The notes beneath the pieces were generated by a model that was given only the letters and a program-made list of their open reading frames with translations, was not told the DNA's origin and searched no databases. This document shows positions 37,061 through 46,123 of a DNA stretch of 64,000 nucleotides, one piece after another. Numbering within the stretch: the stretch's first letter is position 1; every line of letters begins with the position of its first letter. The DNA lies in NCBI GenBank assembly GCA_016932735.1, contig JAFGCI010000001.1, positions 132,183-196,182 on the forward strand. The letters are read 5' to 3'. Origin of the DNA: Candidatus Aenigmatarchaeota archaeon. Its GTDB lineage: Archaea > Aenigmatarchaeota > Aenigmatarchaeia > QMZP01 > QMZT01. The position numbers were made by a program, and so were the translations under genes.

Positions 37061-37078
37061 AATGCCCGATAATAATGC

Positions 37079-38068
37079 CTAATCCTTTTGTATCACAAAT
37101 TCAGGGAAGTAATTCCTCTTATAGACATGATATATGGGGATGCTTTCTATCTCCTTTATCAGGAGAGCGAACTTCTGCCTTATCTCGATTTCGATACGGC
37201 GAAGTTCAGCAGTGTTCTCTGCTTCGACATCAATCTCGAGGTTCCATTCTCCCAGAGTCTTCGTGATGAAAACCACATTATTGTGGAATCTGAGATATTC
37301 GATTAAGTTCTCCTCAGCCTCGGAAGAGACATTATGATAACTGATGGATATTTTTGCCGATTTGTAGCCTATTTTAGGAAGGTCTAAAAGAGGCTTAAAG
37401 CCAAGGATTATCCCGTTCTTCTCGAGCTTTCTTATCCTCTCTATAACGGATTTGGAAGAGATGCCGACAGCCTTTCCTATCCTTACAGAGTTCTTTCTTG
37501 CATCCTGTGAGAGCTCCTTTAGGATCCCGATGTCAATTTCATCAGGATTCTCAGGCTCCCTGTCGCCGCCGACGAATAGTTGGTCCTCCGGGTATCTCAC
37601 ATCAAACATATATTTCCTGCCAAAGTGCCTGCTTACAATGGTAGTCAGAACCATGTAATTCTGGAGCTGTGCAGGAAATTTCTCCATTATGCTTCTTAAA
37701 ATCTTGTTGAACTGTGAAGGGTTGTATGCAAAGAATGAGCAGAAGAGATCATATCTCCCTCCGCACGTTTCAATCTTTGCCGAATGCGGCTCTTTTATGA
37801 GGAAATCTATCAGCTCTTCAATCTTTTGCTCTTCGGCATAGCTCACCTTGAAATATACGCGGAAATTAAGGACATCAAGCTTTGCATAATCGATTAAGGT
37901 GTAGAAGTTCTGAATGATGCTCGCCTCAAGCATCGAATTGACTGTATAATGGACCCTTTGCTGACTCTGTCTTGTCTCTTTCCCTACCTTTGTGAATTTA
38001 GTTCTTGCATCGACGTCAAGAAATCTTAGAGTCGACCTTTCAATAGAGGTAAATTTTTTAGTTTTCAT
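37079..38068 (-). CDS. Tandem (double) Lrp/AsnC regulator
   Basis: Two HTH plus RAM units: LDVDART...CGGRYDL and IDIGILKELSQDARK...LGEWNLE. Confidence 0.88.
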   Translation of the reverse strand: MKTKKFTSIERSTLRFLDVDARTKFTKVGKETRQSQQRVHYTVNSMLEASIIQNFYTLIDYAKLDVLNFRVYFKVSYAEEQKIEELIDFLIKEPHSAKIETCGGRYDLFCSFFAYNPSQFNKILRSIMEKFPAQLQNYMVLTTIVSRHFGRKYMFDVRYPEDQLFVGGDREPENPDEIDIGILKELSQDARKNSVRIGKAVGISSKSVIERIRKLEKNGIILGFKPLLDLPKIGYKSAKISISYHNVSSEAEENLIEYLRFHNNVVFITKTLGEWNLEIDVEAENTAELRRIEIEIRQKFALLIKEIESIPIYHVYKRNYFPEFVIQKD

Positions 38069-38170
38069 ATCAATTATTTTTTGTATATTTTACTTTAAAA
38101 ATATAAATATAGTCCTTTTTAAAAAAATTTTATTCATTATTAATAATAATTTACTTTTCAATTTAGGCAA

Positions 38171-39652
38171 ATGTCCAGAAGATTACCTTTTTCTGATTAT
38201 TCAAAAACGATTGCAGTACTAAGTTTCTGCAGGCCAAATGAACTCGATTATCTTTCTTCGGCTATTCCTGAAAATGTGAGAGAATATGGACATAATACAA
38301 AAGATTGGTCTCTTCTCGTTATAGACACCTCGCCTGAAGAATATAAACAGCAAAACCTCAGATCCCTTTCCGGCAAAGGAAAGGACATGGATATATTCTA
38401 TTTTGGCAGGGATAAATTCTCTGAATTGGCGGGAAGATATGGCGAACAGAATTTCAGAAGAATGTTTACAGGGCATGGCGCGGCCGATGCGAGAAACTTA
38501 GGATTTCTGATAACACCGGATAAAACGATGGTTACCCTTGATGATGATATGAGATTGACAAGTTCCGTGCTACATGAAAAGCAGCAACTTCCCGGACCGT
38601 CTTTCCTTTCAACAGGCAGGTTCATACTTCCTGAAAGATTCGGGAAGGAATCATACAAAAGCTCTTTTGATTTGGTGACTGCAACTACGTCTGCATTGGG
38701 AAAGAGAGTGAAAGAAATGGGCATTCCTGCCGAATTGCAGGGTATTGTTCTGGGAAACAGGGATGCTTCAATAGATGAATTAATGGGAGGAGATAATCCC
38801 ACTAACGGTTTTAACGGGAACGGACATGCCTACTGTTTTATACAGCCGGGCTACATAAATCCGGACAGCCGTGTACTAATGCAGGGCGTTTCTGCGATAA
38901 CAGGAAACACGGACTGTCATGCGACAGCGTCCATAAGAGGACTGGCAAAGGCATCAAATGAAAATGGCAATTTTGGTTATGGAAATATGTTTGTCCATTA
39001 CGCCGTCCATGACGGGAATCCTGGAAAGATCGCCGTTGCATCCAGATGGAAAGAATCGACATTGGCCGCTGCAGGAGTACTGAACGAGAGATGTGTACCC
39101 GTATTCTTGCTGAGCAGAAATGAAGACGCTGCGTACAGATATATAATAGGAGAGAACAATCCGGTTGCGATTTATAATATTGCCGTAGACCATAACAGGT
39201 CTCATGACGGAAGACCGCCGTTGTCTCTCATATATCTGAGGGAATATCTTGGCGCAAAGGTGTGCAAGAGGTTTCATGAAGCAATGAGACCCGACGGCAG
39301 CATTGATACCGGAAGAGTAGAACCTCTCCATGAAAGCGATAAAAAAAGCCTTTACAGGTCTGCAAAGGAAACAAGCGCAATACTTGATACTATTAGTAGC
39401 AACGGGAATGCTAATACCGAACTTGGAGCATATGCATCCAGACTTATAAAAGATATTGCTTCATTTATCGGCGTTCCAGAAACGGAAAGAAGAGATTTCT
39501 GGAATGCGGATACCTTCAAGGGAGCCGTATATAAAAAAGCAGACGAGTTCCTTGGGACAGTTATGAGTGATACAAGAGTATTGAACGATAACTGGGAGGG
39601 AATGGTTGCCGATATCAGGAAAAACGGCGTTCATGTCCAGAGAATTGAGTGA
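38171..39652 (+). CDS. GT-A fold glycosyltransferase-like protein
   Basis: IAVLSFCRP, VIDTS, GAADARN, VTLDDD (DxD), RNED, VDH. Confidence 0.6.
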   Translation: MSRRLPFSDYSKTIAVLSFCRPNELDYLSSAIPENVREYGHNTKDWSLLVIDTSPEEYKQQNLRSLSGKGKDMDIFYFGRDKFSELAGRYGEQNFRRMFTGHGAADARNLGFLITPDKTMVTLDDDMRLTSSVLHEKQQLPGPSFLSTGRFILPERFGKESYKSSFDLVTATTSALGKRVKEMGIPAELQGIVLGNRDASIDELMGGDNPTNGFNGNGHAYCFIQPGYINPDSRVLMQGVSAITGNTDCHATASIRGLAKASNENGNFGYGNMFVHYAVHDGNPGKIAVASRWKESTLAAAGVLNERCVPVFLLSRNEDAAYRYIIGENNPVAIYNIAVDHNRSHDGRPPLSLIYLREYLGAKVCKRFHEAMRPDGSIDTGRVEPLHESDKKSLYRSAKETSAILDTISSNGNANTELGAYASRLIKDIASFIGVPETERRDFWNADTFKGAVYKKADEFLGTVMSDTRVLNDNWEGMVADIRKNGVHVQRIE

Positions 39653-39740
39653 TTTAGAACAGGAGAACTACAACCGGAGAAATGCAACTTGTTATTTACT
39701 TACAATATGGTAATAAATATTTAACTCAGAATAATATTCT

Positions 39741-41123
39741 ATGCAAAGACGTCACATGCATAGAAAAGATTATGGAATAGCCGGGTCAAACTTTGATTTT
39801 GAGGACATGGATCCGAAAAAGATTTACGAATTGTGGGTCGGAGACGTAAGATACTGCCCTATTAATCAGGGAGCAGTTTCTGCATTGCAAAAAGAATACA
39901 ACGGGAGGATAGTTGAGCCCATTTACGTTCTTACCAACAACCCTCCTTTATGGTTTTCTGAAGGGTTTAAGTATTTTGTCATCAATGACGAATTATCCGA
40001 AATCAGCAAAATACATCCTGACAAATCATTCTTTCTTGACGAGCATTACTCGGTAACAAACGCCCAGTTCAGAAACAGTCCCTTCGCCCGAAAACTTATG
40101 GAAAGGGCTCTAAGAAATCAGAAAATGATTTATGTTAATCCTTTCAGCCAAATAAATTTCGGAATTGATGACGGATATAGAATAAGGGCAATTTCCCCTT
40201 CAGAAGACCAGTTCTCTTATTGGCAGGATAAAGGCAATGTCCTGAAAACCTGCAGGAAACTGGGAATAAAAACGCCGGAAACGGATATGGCTGAGAATTT
40301 CGAGCATGCAGTGCATCTTTTTCGGGAAAAATACACTCAAGGCGCATTTGTCAAAAAGGCGGGATACAGCTCAGGCGGGTCCGGGAATTTTATTGTCCGC
40401 AGTGTAGAAGAGCTTTACAAAAGCCCCAAATTTAAAGGAGAACAAAGACTAGCCAGTTGTTGTTTTTTGGTATCGGAAATAGTGAATGGCATCATTTCAT
40501 GTCCTTCTATTACAGGAGTCATCGGAGATGAGCAGATATTCATTGCGTCCATTAACGATCAAATCATCAGAGAAAGCTCCGGCTTTTCAGGTTCAGTGCA
40601 TCCATCCGGATTGGGAAAACAAGTCGAAATGAAAATCCTTAAAATGGCTAAGCCAAAGTTAGAGGAAATGCAAAAAAGAGGATACAGGGGAATATTTAAT
40701 ACCGACTACATTATTAGAAATGGAAGAAATGGAGAAACCGTCTTAGACGGCCTTGATATTAATCCGAGAAAACCCGGATCCATTCTGGCTATATATTATA
40801 TGAACAAGCTTTACGGGGGCAAAGACATTCAGGAAATGGAGTTCAGGGCAGTTACAGGGAAGCCTCTTTTTTCTAGTTCATCAATTGAAGAAGCTATTTG
40901 CTATCAACCGATAGGGCTGGAATGGCAAATGAGCAACATTTATGGCGATTCTTCCACAGTAATCAGAAACGGAAGAAACGGTTCTGGTAAAATCAGAAGA
41001 GTTTTTGAAGGCGGAGGAAAGATAATACAGGAATTTGCACCTTTAGATGCCACGAATTTATCTGAAGGTGTATGGGGGCGAAGAATCAATGTGAAAACCG
41101 CTCAAAACGACCGTCACATTTAA
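39741..41123 (+). CDS. ATP-grasp ligase-like protein
   Basis: DKG...LGIKTP, FVKKAGYSSGGSGNFIV, GYRGIFNTDY, DINPR. Confidence 0.8.
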   Translation: MQRRHMHRKDYGIAGSNFDFEDMDPKKIYELWVGDVRYCPINQGAVSALQKEYNGRIVEPIYVLTNNPPLWFSEGFKYFVINDELSEISKIHPDKSFFLDEHYSVTNAQFRNSPFARKLMERALRNQKMIYVNPFSQINFGIDDGYRIRAISPSEDQFSYWQDKGNVLKTCRKLGIKTPETDMAENFEHAVHLFREKYTQGAFVKKAGYSSGGSGNFIVRSVEELYKSPKFKGEQRLASCCFLVSEIVNGIISCPSITGVIGDEQIFIASINDQIIRESSGFSGSVHPSGLGKQVEMKILKMAKPKLEEMQKRGYRGIFNTDYIIRNGRNGETVLDGLDINPRKPGSILAIYYMNKLYGGKDIQEMEFRAVTGKPLFSSSSIEEAICYQPIGLEWQMSNIYGDSSTVIRNGRNGSGKIRRVFEGGGKIIQEFAPLDATNLSEGVWGRRINVKTAQNDRHI

Positions 41124-41177
41124 AAACACTACTCACTATAATAGGGTAATAGTTATTATATATGAAAATATAATAAC

Positions 41178-41254
41178 TGGCAACCGCTTCATATGACGGC
41201 GCGAGCATCTGACCAAAAAGTTGATGCGCCCGATGCTTGTTTAGGTGTTTGCCA
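41178..41254 (+). ncRNA. Candidate small structured RNA upstream of the r-protein operon
   Basis: GC-richer island in an AT-rich spacer. Terminal stem TGGCAA/TTGCCA, inner GCATC/GATGC and GGC/GCC pairings. TATA-like TTATTATATAT about 25 nt upstream. Confidence 0.35.
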
Positions 41255-41272
41255 TGGTAAATCATGATGGAT

Positions 41273-41299
41273 AGATATTGATTTATATATTCAATATCT
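41273..41299 (+). promoter_or_regulatory. TATA box of rpl4 within a 9-bp inverted repeat
   Basis: AGATATTGA 41273-41281, TTTATATAT, TCAATATCT 41291-41299. Confidence 0.5.
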
Positions 41300-41321
41300 C
41301 ATAATAGGGTAGCTGATCCAT

Positions 41322-42212
41322 ATGCAAGTCTCAGTATTCGATTTGAAAGGCGCAGAGAAGGGGAAGATTGAAGTCCCGAAGAAACTGTTAGCCCCGAAAA
41401 GGAAGGACATTGTTAAGAAAGCTTTCCTTGCTGAGAAGAGCGAGACACGACAGCCCTACGGGACCGACCCGGAGGCTGGACAGAGGTCATCCGCTTATTA
41501 TCATGGAAGAAGATCCAAAAGGAACAGCATGATGAACAGGGAAATGGCAAGAATGCCGAGAGTCATTAATATGGGCTTTCTGAACTTCAGGGCAAGAAAT
41601 GTGCCTCAGGCCGTAAAGGGCAGAAAAGCACATCCGCCCAAGGCCGAAAAGGTATGGACGCTCAAGATCAACAAGAAAGAATGGACATCCGCCCTTTATT
41701 CTGCCATGTCATTTACTTTTGATAAAAATGCTGTTTCTCTTCGTGGTCATGATGTTTCTTCATTGAAAAGCTATCCTCTTGTTCTTGATGATTCATTCCA
41801 GGAAATGAAAAAGACAAAGGAAGTTGTTGATGTCCTTAATGTTCTCGGCTTCGAAAAAGAATTGGAAAGATGCTCTGAGAAAAAAATAAGAGCGACAAAG
41901 GGCAAGATGAGGGGAAGGAAATACAAGGAGAAGAAAGGCCCTCTTATAATTGTTAATGAAGATAAAGGCATTGGAAATGCCAGCAAGAACATTCCGGGCG
42001 TCGATTTCAGGATGGCAGGAAAGCTTGATGTGATGTCCCTTGCTCCGGGAGCTCATCCTGGCAGGCTTGTAATATGGACGAAATCAGCTCTTGAGAGCTT
42101 TAATAAGACAAAAGAAGACAAGAAAGAGAAAGCAGTAAAAGTAAAAAAAGCAGTTTCTCCAAAGGCGGATGCTCCTAAAAAGAAGACGTCTGCTAAGGAG
42201 AAAGCTAAGTGA
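41322..42212 (+). CDS. rpl4: 50S ribosomal protein uL4
   Basis: RQPYGTDPEAG, VPQAVKGRKAHPPK, LAPGAHPGRLVIWT. Confidence 0.97.
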   Translation: MQVSVFDLKGAEKGKIEVPKKLLAPKRKDIVKKAFLAEKSETRQPYGTDPEAGQRSSAYYHGRRSKRNSMMNREMARMPRVINMGFLNFRARNVPQAVKGRKAHPPKAEKVWTLKINKKEWTSALYSAMSFTFDKNAVSLRGHDVSSLKSYPLVLDDSFQEMKKTKEVVDVLNVLGFEKELERCSEKKIRATKGKMRGRKYKEKKGPLIIVNEDKGIGNASKNIPGVDFRMAGKLDVMSLAPGAHPGRLVIWTKSALESFNKTKEDKKEKAVKVKKAVSPKADAPKKKTSAKEKAK

Positions 42213-42217
42213 TTTTT

Positions 42218-42547
42218 ATGGCTGAAGAAAAGAAACCAGAGGCTGAAAAGAAGGAAGCGAAGGCCGTGGAAAAAACAGCCAAATCAATAAGCCCATGGAA
42301 AATTCTTCAGTATCCGCATCTTACTGAAAAATCAATGAATATGGTCGAGATGGAAAACAAGCTGGTATTCATAGTTGACAGGAAATACAGGAAAAAGGAA
42401 ATTGCAGATGCAATAGAGAAGCAGTTCAATGTCAGGGTGACAGACCTTAAAACTGTCGTTATGACAAAGGGCCGGAAGAAGGCAATAGCGAAACTGGCTC
42501 CTGAAAATCTCGCTTCAGACATTGCATCCAAATTAGGAATGATGTAG
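42218..42547 (+). CDS. rpl23: 50S ribosomal protein uL23
   Basis: YPHLTEKSM, ENKLVFIVD, GRKKAIAKL. Confidence 0.96.
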   Translation: MAEEKKPEAEKKEAKAVEKTAKSISPWKILQYPHLTEKSMNMVEMENKLVFIVDRKYRKKEIADAIEKQFNVRVTDLKTVVMTKGRKKAIAKLAPENLASDIASKLGMM

Positions 42548-42628
42548 ACTTTGGAAAGACAGCTAAGCGGTCATGTAAGAAATTCAAGTGAAAAAAGCGA
42601 GAATCGTTATAGATTACAGGGCGAATAT

Positions 42629-43300
42629 ATGGGTAAGAGAATCATACCACAGAGAAGAGGAAAAGGTTCCCTTACTTACAGGGTTCCTAACAAGTCTTCA
42701 AATGTCAGGGTAGAATACAGGCCATCAAGTGGCAGAGTTGTGGACATCCTTAGCGACCCTTTAAAGACTTCGCCTGTTGCAAAGGTAAGATATGATGATA
42801 ACAGCACCGGCTTCATCCTTGCTCCGCAGGGAATCAGAGTCGGAGAGGAAATCGGTAAATATGTGGTTCCATTATCTATGGTTCCCGAAGGAGCGACGAT
42901 TTTCGCTATCGAAACAGTCCCGAAATCCGGACCAAAGATATGCAGATCAGCAGGTTCATTCGCAATGCTTGTTTCAAAAGCAGGTGATGATTGCATAATC
43001 CAGTTGCCTTCAAGGAAGAAGAAGAAACTGAAAGGCGCATGCATGGTCACAATAGGCGTCCCGGCCGGCGAAGGCAGGATAGCAAAGCCATGGCTTAAAG
43101 CGGGAAAGAGATGGATTGTCCAGCACAAGAAAGGCAAGCTGTACCCAAGGACATCAGGAATAGCGATGAACGCCGTGGACCATCCATATGGATGCGGCTA
43201 CGGCGGTCTTGGAAAGCAGAAGACAGTATCGAGGCACACACCTCCCGGAAGGAAGGTCGGTTCAATAGCTGCAAGGAGAACAGGAAGGACTAAGAAATAA
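42629..43300 (+). CDS. rpl2: 50S ribosomal protein uL2
   Basis: MGKRIIPQRRGKGS, AMNAVDHPYG, PPGRKVGSIAARRTG. Confidence 0.97.
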   Translation: MGKRIIPQRRGKGSLTYRVPNKSSNVRVEYRPSSGRVVDILSDPLKTSPVAKVRYDDNSTGFILAPQGIRVGEEIGKYVVPLSMVPEGATIFAIETVPKSGPKICRSAGSFAMLVSKAGDDCIIQLPSRKKKKLKGACMVTIGVPAGEGRIAKPWLKAGKRWIVQHKKGKLYPRTSGIAMNAVDHPYGCGYGGLGKQKTVSRHTPPGRKVGSIAARRTGRTKK

Positions 43301-43321
43301 GATAAAGGAAAGTTGATTGTT

Positions 43322-43705
43322 ATGGTAAAGAAATTCATGTTCAGAGGAAAAGAATGGGAAGACATTTCCAAGATGGGAATAGAAGAGTATTCAAAAATTG
43401 TCACATCGAGAGAAAGAAGGACCCTCAAGAGAGGTCTTACAATCGTGCAGAAGAAGTTGCTTGAAAAGATAAAGGAAAAACCAAAGAAATTCCACAAGAC
43501 CCATTCAAGGGACATGGTAATACTTCCACAGATGGTAGGCGTAAAGATCGGTCTTTTTGACGGAAAGAAATATGAAACAATCGAAATAAAGCCTGAAATG
43601 ATTAACCACAGGCTCGGCGAATTCGCGCTTACGAGAAAACAGATAAAGCACTCATCGCCAGGATTTGGTGCTACAAAGTCAAGCAAGTTCGTTCCACTAA
43701 AGTAA
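43322..43705 (+). CDS. rps19: 30S ribosomal protein uS19
   Basis: KTHSRDMVILP, HRLGEFALTR, GATKSSKFVPLK. Confidence 0.97.
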   Translation: MVKKFMFRGKEWEDISKMGIEEYSKIVTSRERRTLKRGLTIVQKKLLEKIKEKPKKFHKTHSRDMVILPQMVGVKIGLFDGKKYETIEIKPEMINHRLGEFALTRKQIKHSSPGFGATKSSKFVPLK

Positions 43706-43715
43706 GGTAGATAAG

Positions 43716-44099
43716 ATGTTAAAATACGCATTAAACCTAAACCCAAAGAAGTCGGCAAGGGCATATGGCAGAGGTCTATCTATATCGCCAAAGCATTCCA
43801 AGATATTATGCGGGAAGTTAAGCGGCATGAATTTGCAGAAGGGGATAAAACTCCTTAACGGGCTCTCCACGGAAACGGTTTCCATTGACGGCAAACACTA
43901 TACGACAGCGGCATCGAACATACTTGATCTTGTCAGGTCTGCAGAAAAGAATGCAGAATTCAAGGGCCTCGATACAGAGAAGCTGGTGATAATGGCCTCT
44001 GCGCACGAGGCATTTTCCTTTTTCAGGCCAAGGAGAACTAAAATGAGAAGGCAACAGCGCAAATCAACAAATGTGCAGGTTGTCCTCAGGGTAAGCTAA
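43716..44099 (+). CDS. rpl22: 50S ribosomal protein uL22 (short form)
   Basis: ISPKHS, SAEKNAEFKGLD, TNVQVVL; operon position. Confidence 0.93.
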   Translation: MLKYALNLNPKKSARAYGRGLSISPKHSKILCGKLSGMNLQKGIKLLNGLSTETVSIDGKHYTTAASNILDLVRSAEKNAEFKGLDTEKLVIMASAHEAFSFFRPRRTKMRRQQRKSTNVQVVLRVS

Positions 44100-44100
44100 G

Positions 44101-44886
44101 GTGATTGATATTTTACTGAACAGGCACTTCGTTAACCAGTCCATTAACGGGCTAAAGATGCAGGAATTCATAGAAGAGTATCTCAAGGGAGAGATATTCT
44201 CAGACATAGAACTGGAAAGAACGCCTCTTGGTCTCAGAATAATTATCAGTACAAGCAGGCCCGGAAGGATTATCGGGGCCGGCGGAAGGAAGATTAATGG
44301 TCTTGCTGATGAGATAAAAAGAAGATTCAATGTAGAGAACCCGCAGGTTGATGTCAAGACCATAAAGAACCCTGACATGGACGCAAGGCTTGTCGCAAAA
44401 CAGATAGCCTTTGCACTGGAGACAGGAAACAAGCACAAGAAAGTCGGAAACCTTTTCATGAAAAGGGTAATGGATGCAGGTGCATTGGGAGTCCAGATAG
44501 TCATCGGGGGGAAGCTTGGCGGAAGCAAGGGAAGGACCGATAAATTCGCAAGGGGATACATAAAGTACTGTGGCGACACTGCAAAGACTCTGGTAGATCA
44601 CGGATTTGCCGAAGCACTCACACGACCCGGAAAGATAGGCGTGCAGGTCAAAATAATGAAATATTTCATGGATACATTCGGAAACATCATGACAAAGAAG
44701 GACATAATGGACGCAAAAGCTGCAGCTATTCAGGAAGTTATCGAAGCCAAGAAAGAAACCGATTATGAAGAAGAAGCCGAAGATATTGATAATTTAGATG
44801 ACGAGATAGATGACGACGAAGAAAAACCAAAGAAAAGAAAAGTTGTTGTCCCAAAGAAAGAAAAAAAGAAACAAACTGAAAAGTGA
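44101..44886 (+). CDS. rps3: 30S ribosomal protein uS3
   Basis: RTPLG, RPGRIIGAGG, AGALGVQIVIGGKL; start codon uncertain. Confidence 0.96.
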   Translation: MIDILLNRHFVNQSINGLKMQEFIEEYLKGEIFSDIELERTPLGLRIIISTSRPGRIIGAGGRKINGLADEIKRRFNVENPQVDVKTIKNPDMDARLVAKQIAFALETGNKHKKVGNLFMKRVMDAGALGVQIVIGGKLGGSKGRTDKFARGYIKYCGDTAKTLVDHGFAEALTRPGKIGVQVKIMKYFMDTFGNIMTKKDIMDAKAAAIQEVIEAKKETDYEEEAEDIDNLDDEIDDDEEKPKKRKVVVPKKEKKKQTEK

Positions 44887-44891
44887 TGATT

Positions 44892-45104
44892 ATGGCAATC
44901 CTCAGAAAAAAAGAGATAAAGAACATGTCCGAAAAGGACATGGAGAAGAACATTAACGAATTCAAACTTGAGCTTGCTAAGGAGAAGGCAAACATAGCCA
45001 TAGGCGCTACGGTTACATCTCCGGGCAGGATCAGGGAAATCAGGAAGACAATAGCGAGGATTGAGACTGTTCTGACCCAAAGGAGGAACACGTCAAAAAC
45101 ATAA
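44892..45104 (+). CDS. rpl29: 50S ribosomal protein uL29
   Basis: ILRKKEIKNMS, PGRIREIRKTIARIET. Confidence 0.96.
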   Translation: MAILRKKEIKNMSEKDMEKNINEFKLELAKEKANIAIGATVTSPGRIREIRKTIARIETVLTQRRNTSKT

Positions 45105-45167
45105 TTAACCGCATGCATTGTATAAACCATGATGCATGCTATAAAATAAAAGGTGACCGAATAAAAA

Positions 45168-45476
45168 ATGTCTGAAGTATGCCAGAAGTGTGGCTTGCCA
45201 AAAGACCTTTGTGTCTGCACCACAATTGCAAAGGAAGAGGAGAAGATAAAGATATACTCCGAGAGGAAAAGATACAGAAAAACGATGACCGTTGTCGAAG
45301 GAATAAGCAAGGATGTCAATAAGAAGGATATCCTTACGAAACTGAAGACAAAATTTGCATGTGGAGGCACAATAAAAGACGGTAATATCGAACTGCAGGG
45401 CGATCATAAAAGAAGAGCAAAAGAAATGATGATTAAAATGGGTTTCCCTGAAGATATGATTGAAATATCCGATTAA
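45168..45476 (+). CDS. Translation initiation factor aIF1 (SUI1/YciH)
   Basis: CQKCGLPKDLCVC, LKTKFACGGT, IELQGDH. Confidence 0.96.
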   Translation: MSEVCQKCGLPKDLCVCTTIAKEEEKIKIYSERKRYRKTMTVVEGISKDVNKKDILTKLKTKFACGGTIKDGNIELQGDHKRRAKEMMIKMGFPEDMIEISD

Positions 45477-45481
45477 TGATT

Positions 45482-45751
45482 ATGAAAAGGACTCCGGAAA
45501 ACCTGGTGAGGCACGAAATAGTGGGATTGGACGTCGTTGTCACTGCGTCTTTGAACCCTTCGGTGAAGGGGCTGGGAGGCAGGGTTATCGACGAGACCAG
45601 GAACACTATCACAATAGAAACTGATAAAAAGGTTAGAAAAATAATAAAAGAGGAATGTGCCTTCAGCTTTTCGATTCCGGGAAGCGGAACCGTCGAAATC
45701 GACGGAAAAGAACTGGCCGGAAGGCCTGAAGACAGGATAAAAAAAAGATAA
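45482..45751 (+). CDS. rnp1: Ribonuclease P protein component 1 (Rpp29/Pop4)
   Basis: HEIVGL, GRVIDETRNT, GRPEDRIK. Confidence 0.95.
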   Translation: MKRTPENLVRHEIVGLDVVVTASLNPSVKGLGGRVIDETRNTITIETDKKVRKIIKEECAFSFSIPGSGTVEIDGKELAGRPEDRIKKR

Positions 45752-45779
45752 GATAGCGGAAAAATATAATGGTGAAAAA

Positions 45780-46118
45780 ATGAAAGAAAACCTGGGTTTG
45801 GGACTAAACCCTCCGAAAGAGAAATGCGAGGACCATAAATGTCCTTGGCATGGAAGCCTTTCTGTCAGAGGAAAGATTCTGGAAGGCGTGGTAAAATCCA
45901 CAAAAACCCATAAGACTGCCACAGTTGAATGGAAGTACATAAAGTTTGTCAGGAAATACGAAAGGTATGAAAGGAGAAAATCAAGCGTTGCTGCATATAA
46001 TCCCGATTGCATGAATGCAAAAGAAGGGGACAGCGTGGTAATAGTTGAGTGCAGGGCGCTATCCAAGACAAAGCATTTCGTAATAGTTCATGTTGACAAG
46101 GCGAAAGCAGATAAGTGA
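45780..46118 (+). CDS. rps17: 30S ribosomal protein uS17
   Basis: CEDHKCPWHG, KYERYERR, ECRALSKTKHF. Confidence 0.97.
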   Translation: MKENLGLGLNPPKEKCEDHKCPWHGSLSVRGKILEGVVKSTKTHKTATVEWKYIKFVRKYERYERRKSSVAAYNPDCMNAKEGDSVVIVECRALSKTKHFVIVHVDKAKADK

Positions 46119-46123
46119 TAATA

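Noticed and set aside
41128-41148. ACTCACTATAATAGGG resembling the T7 promoter
   Set aside because: Interrupted and incomplete match, flanked by genuine genomic sequence
41178-41254. tRNA gene (77 nt ending CCA)
   Set aside because: No T-loop GTTC(G/A)A, D-loop GG or anticodon arm; the CCA arises from the terminal stem
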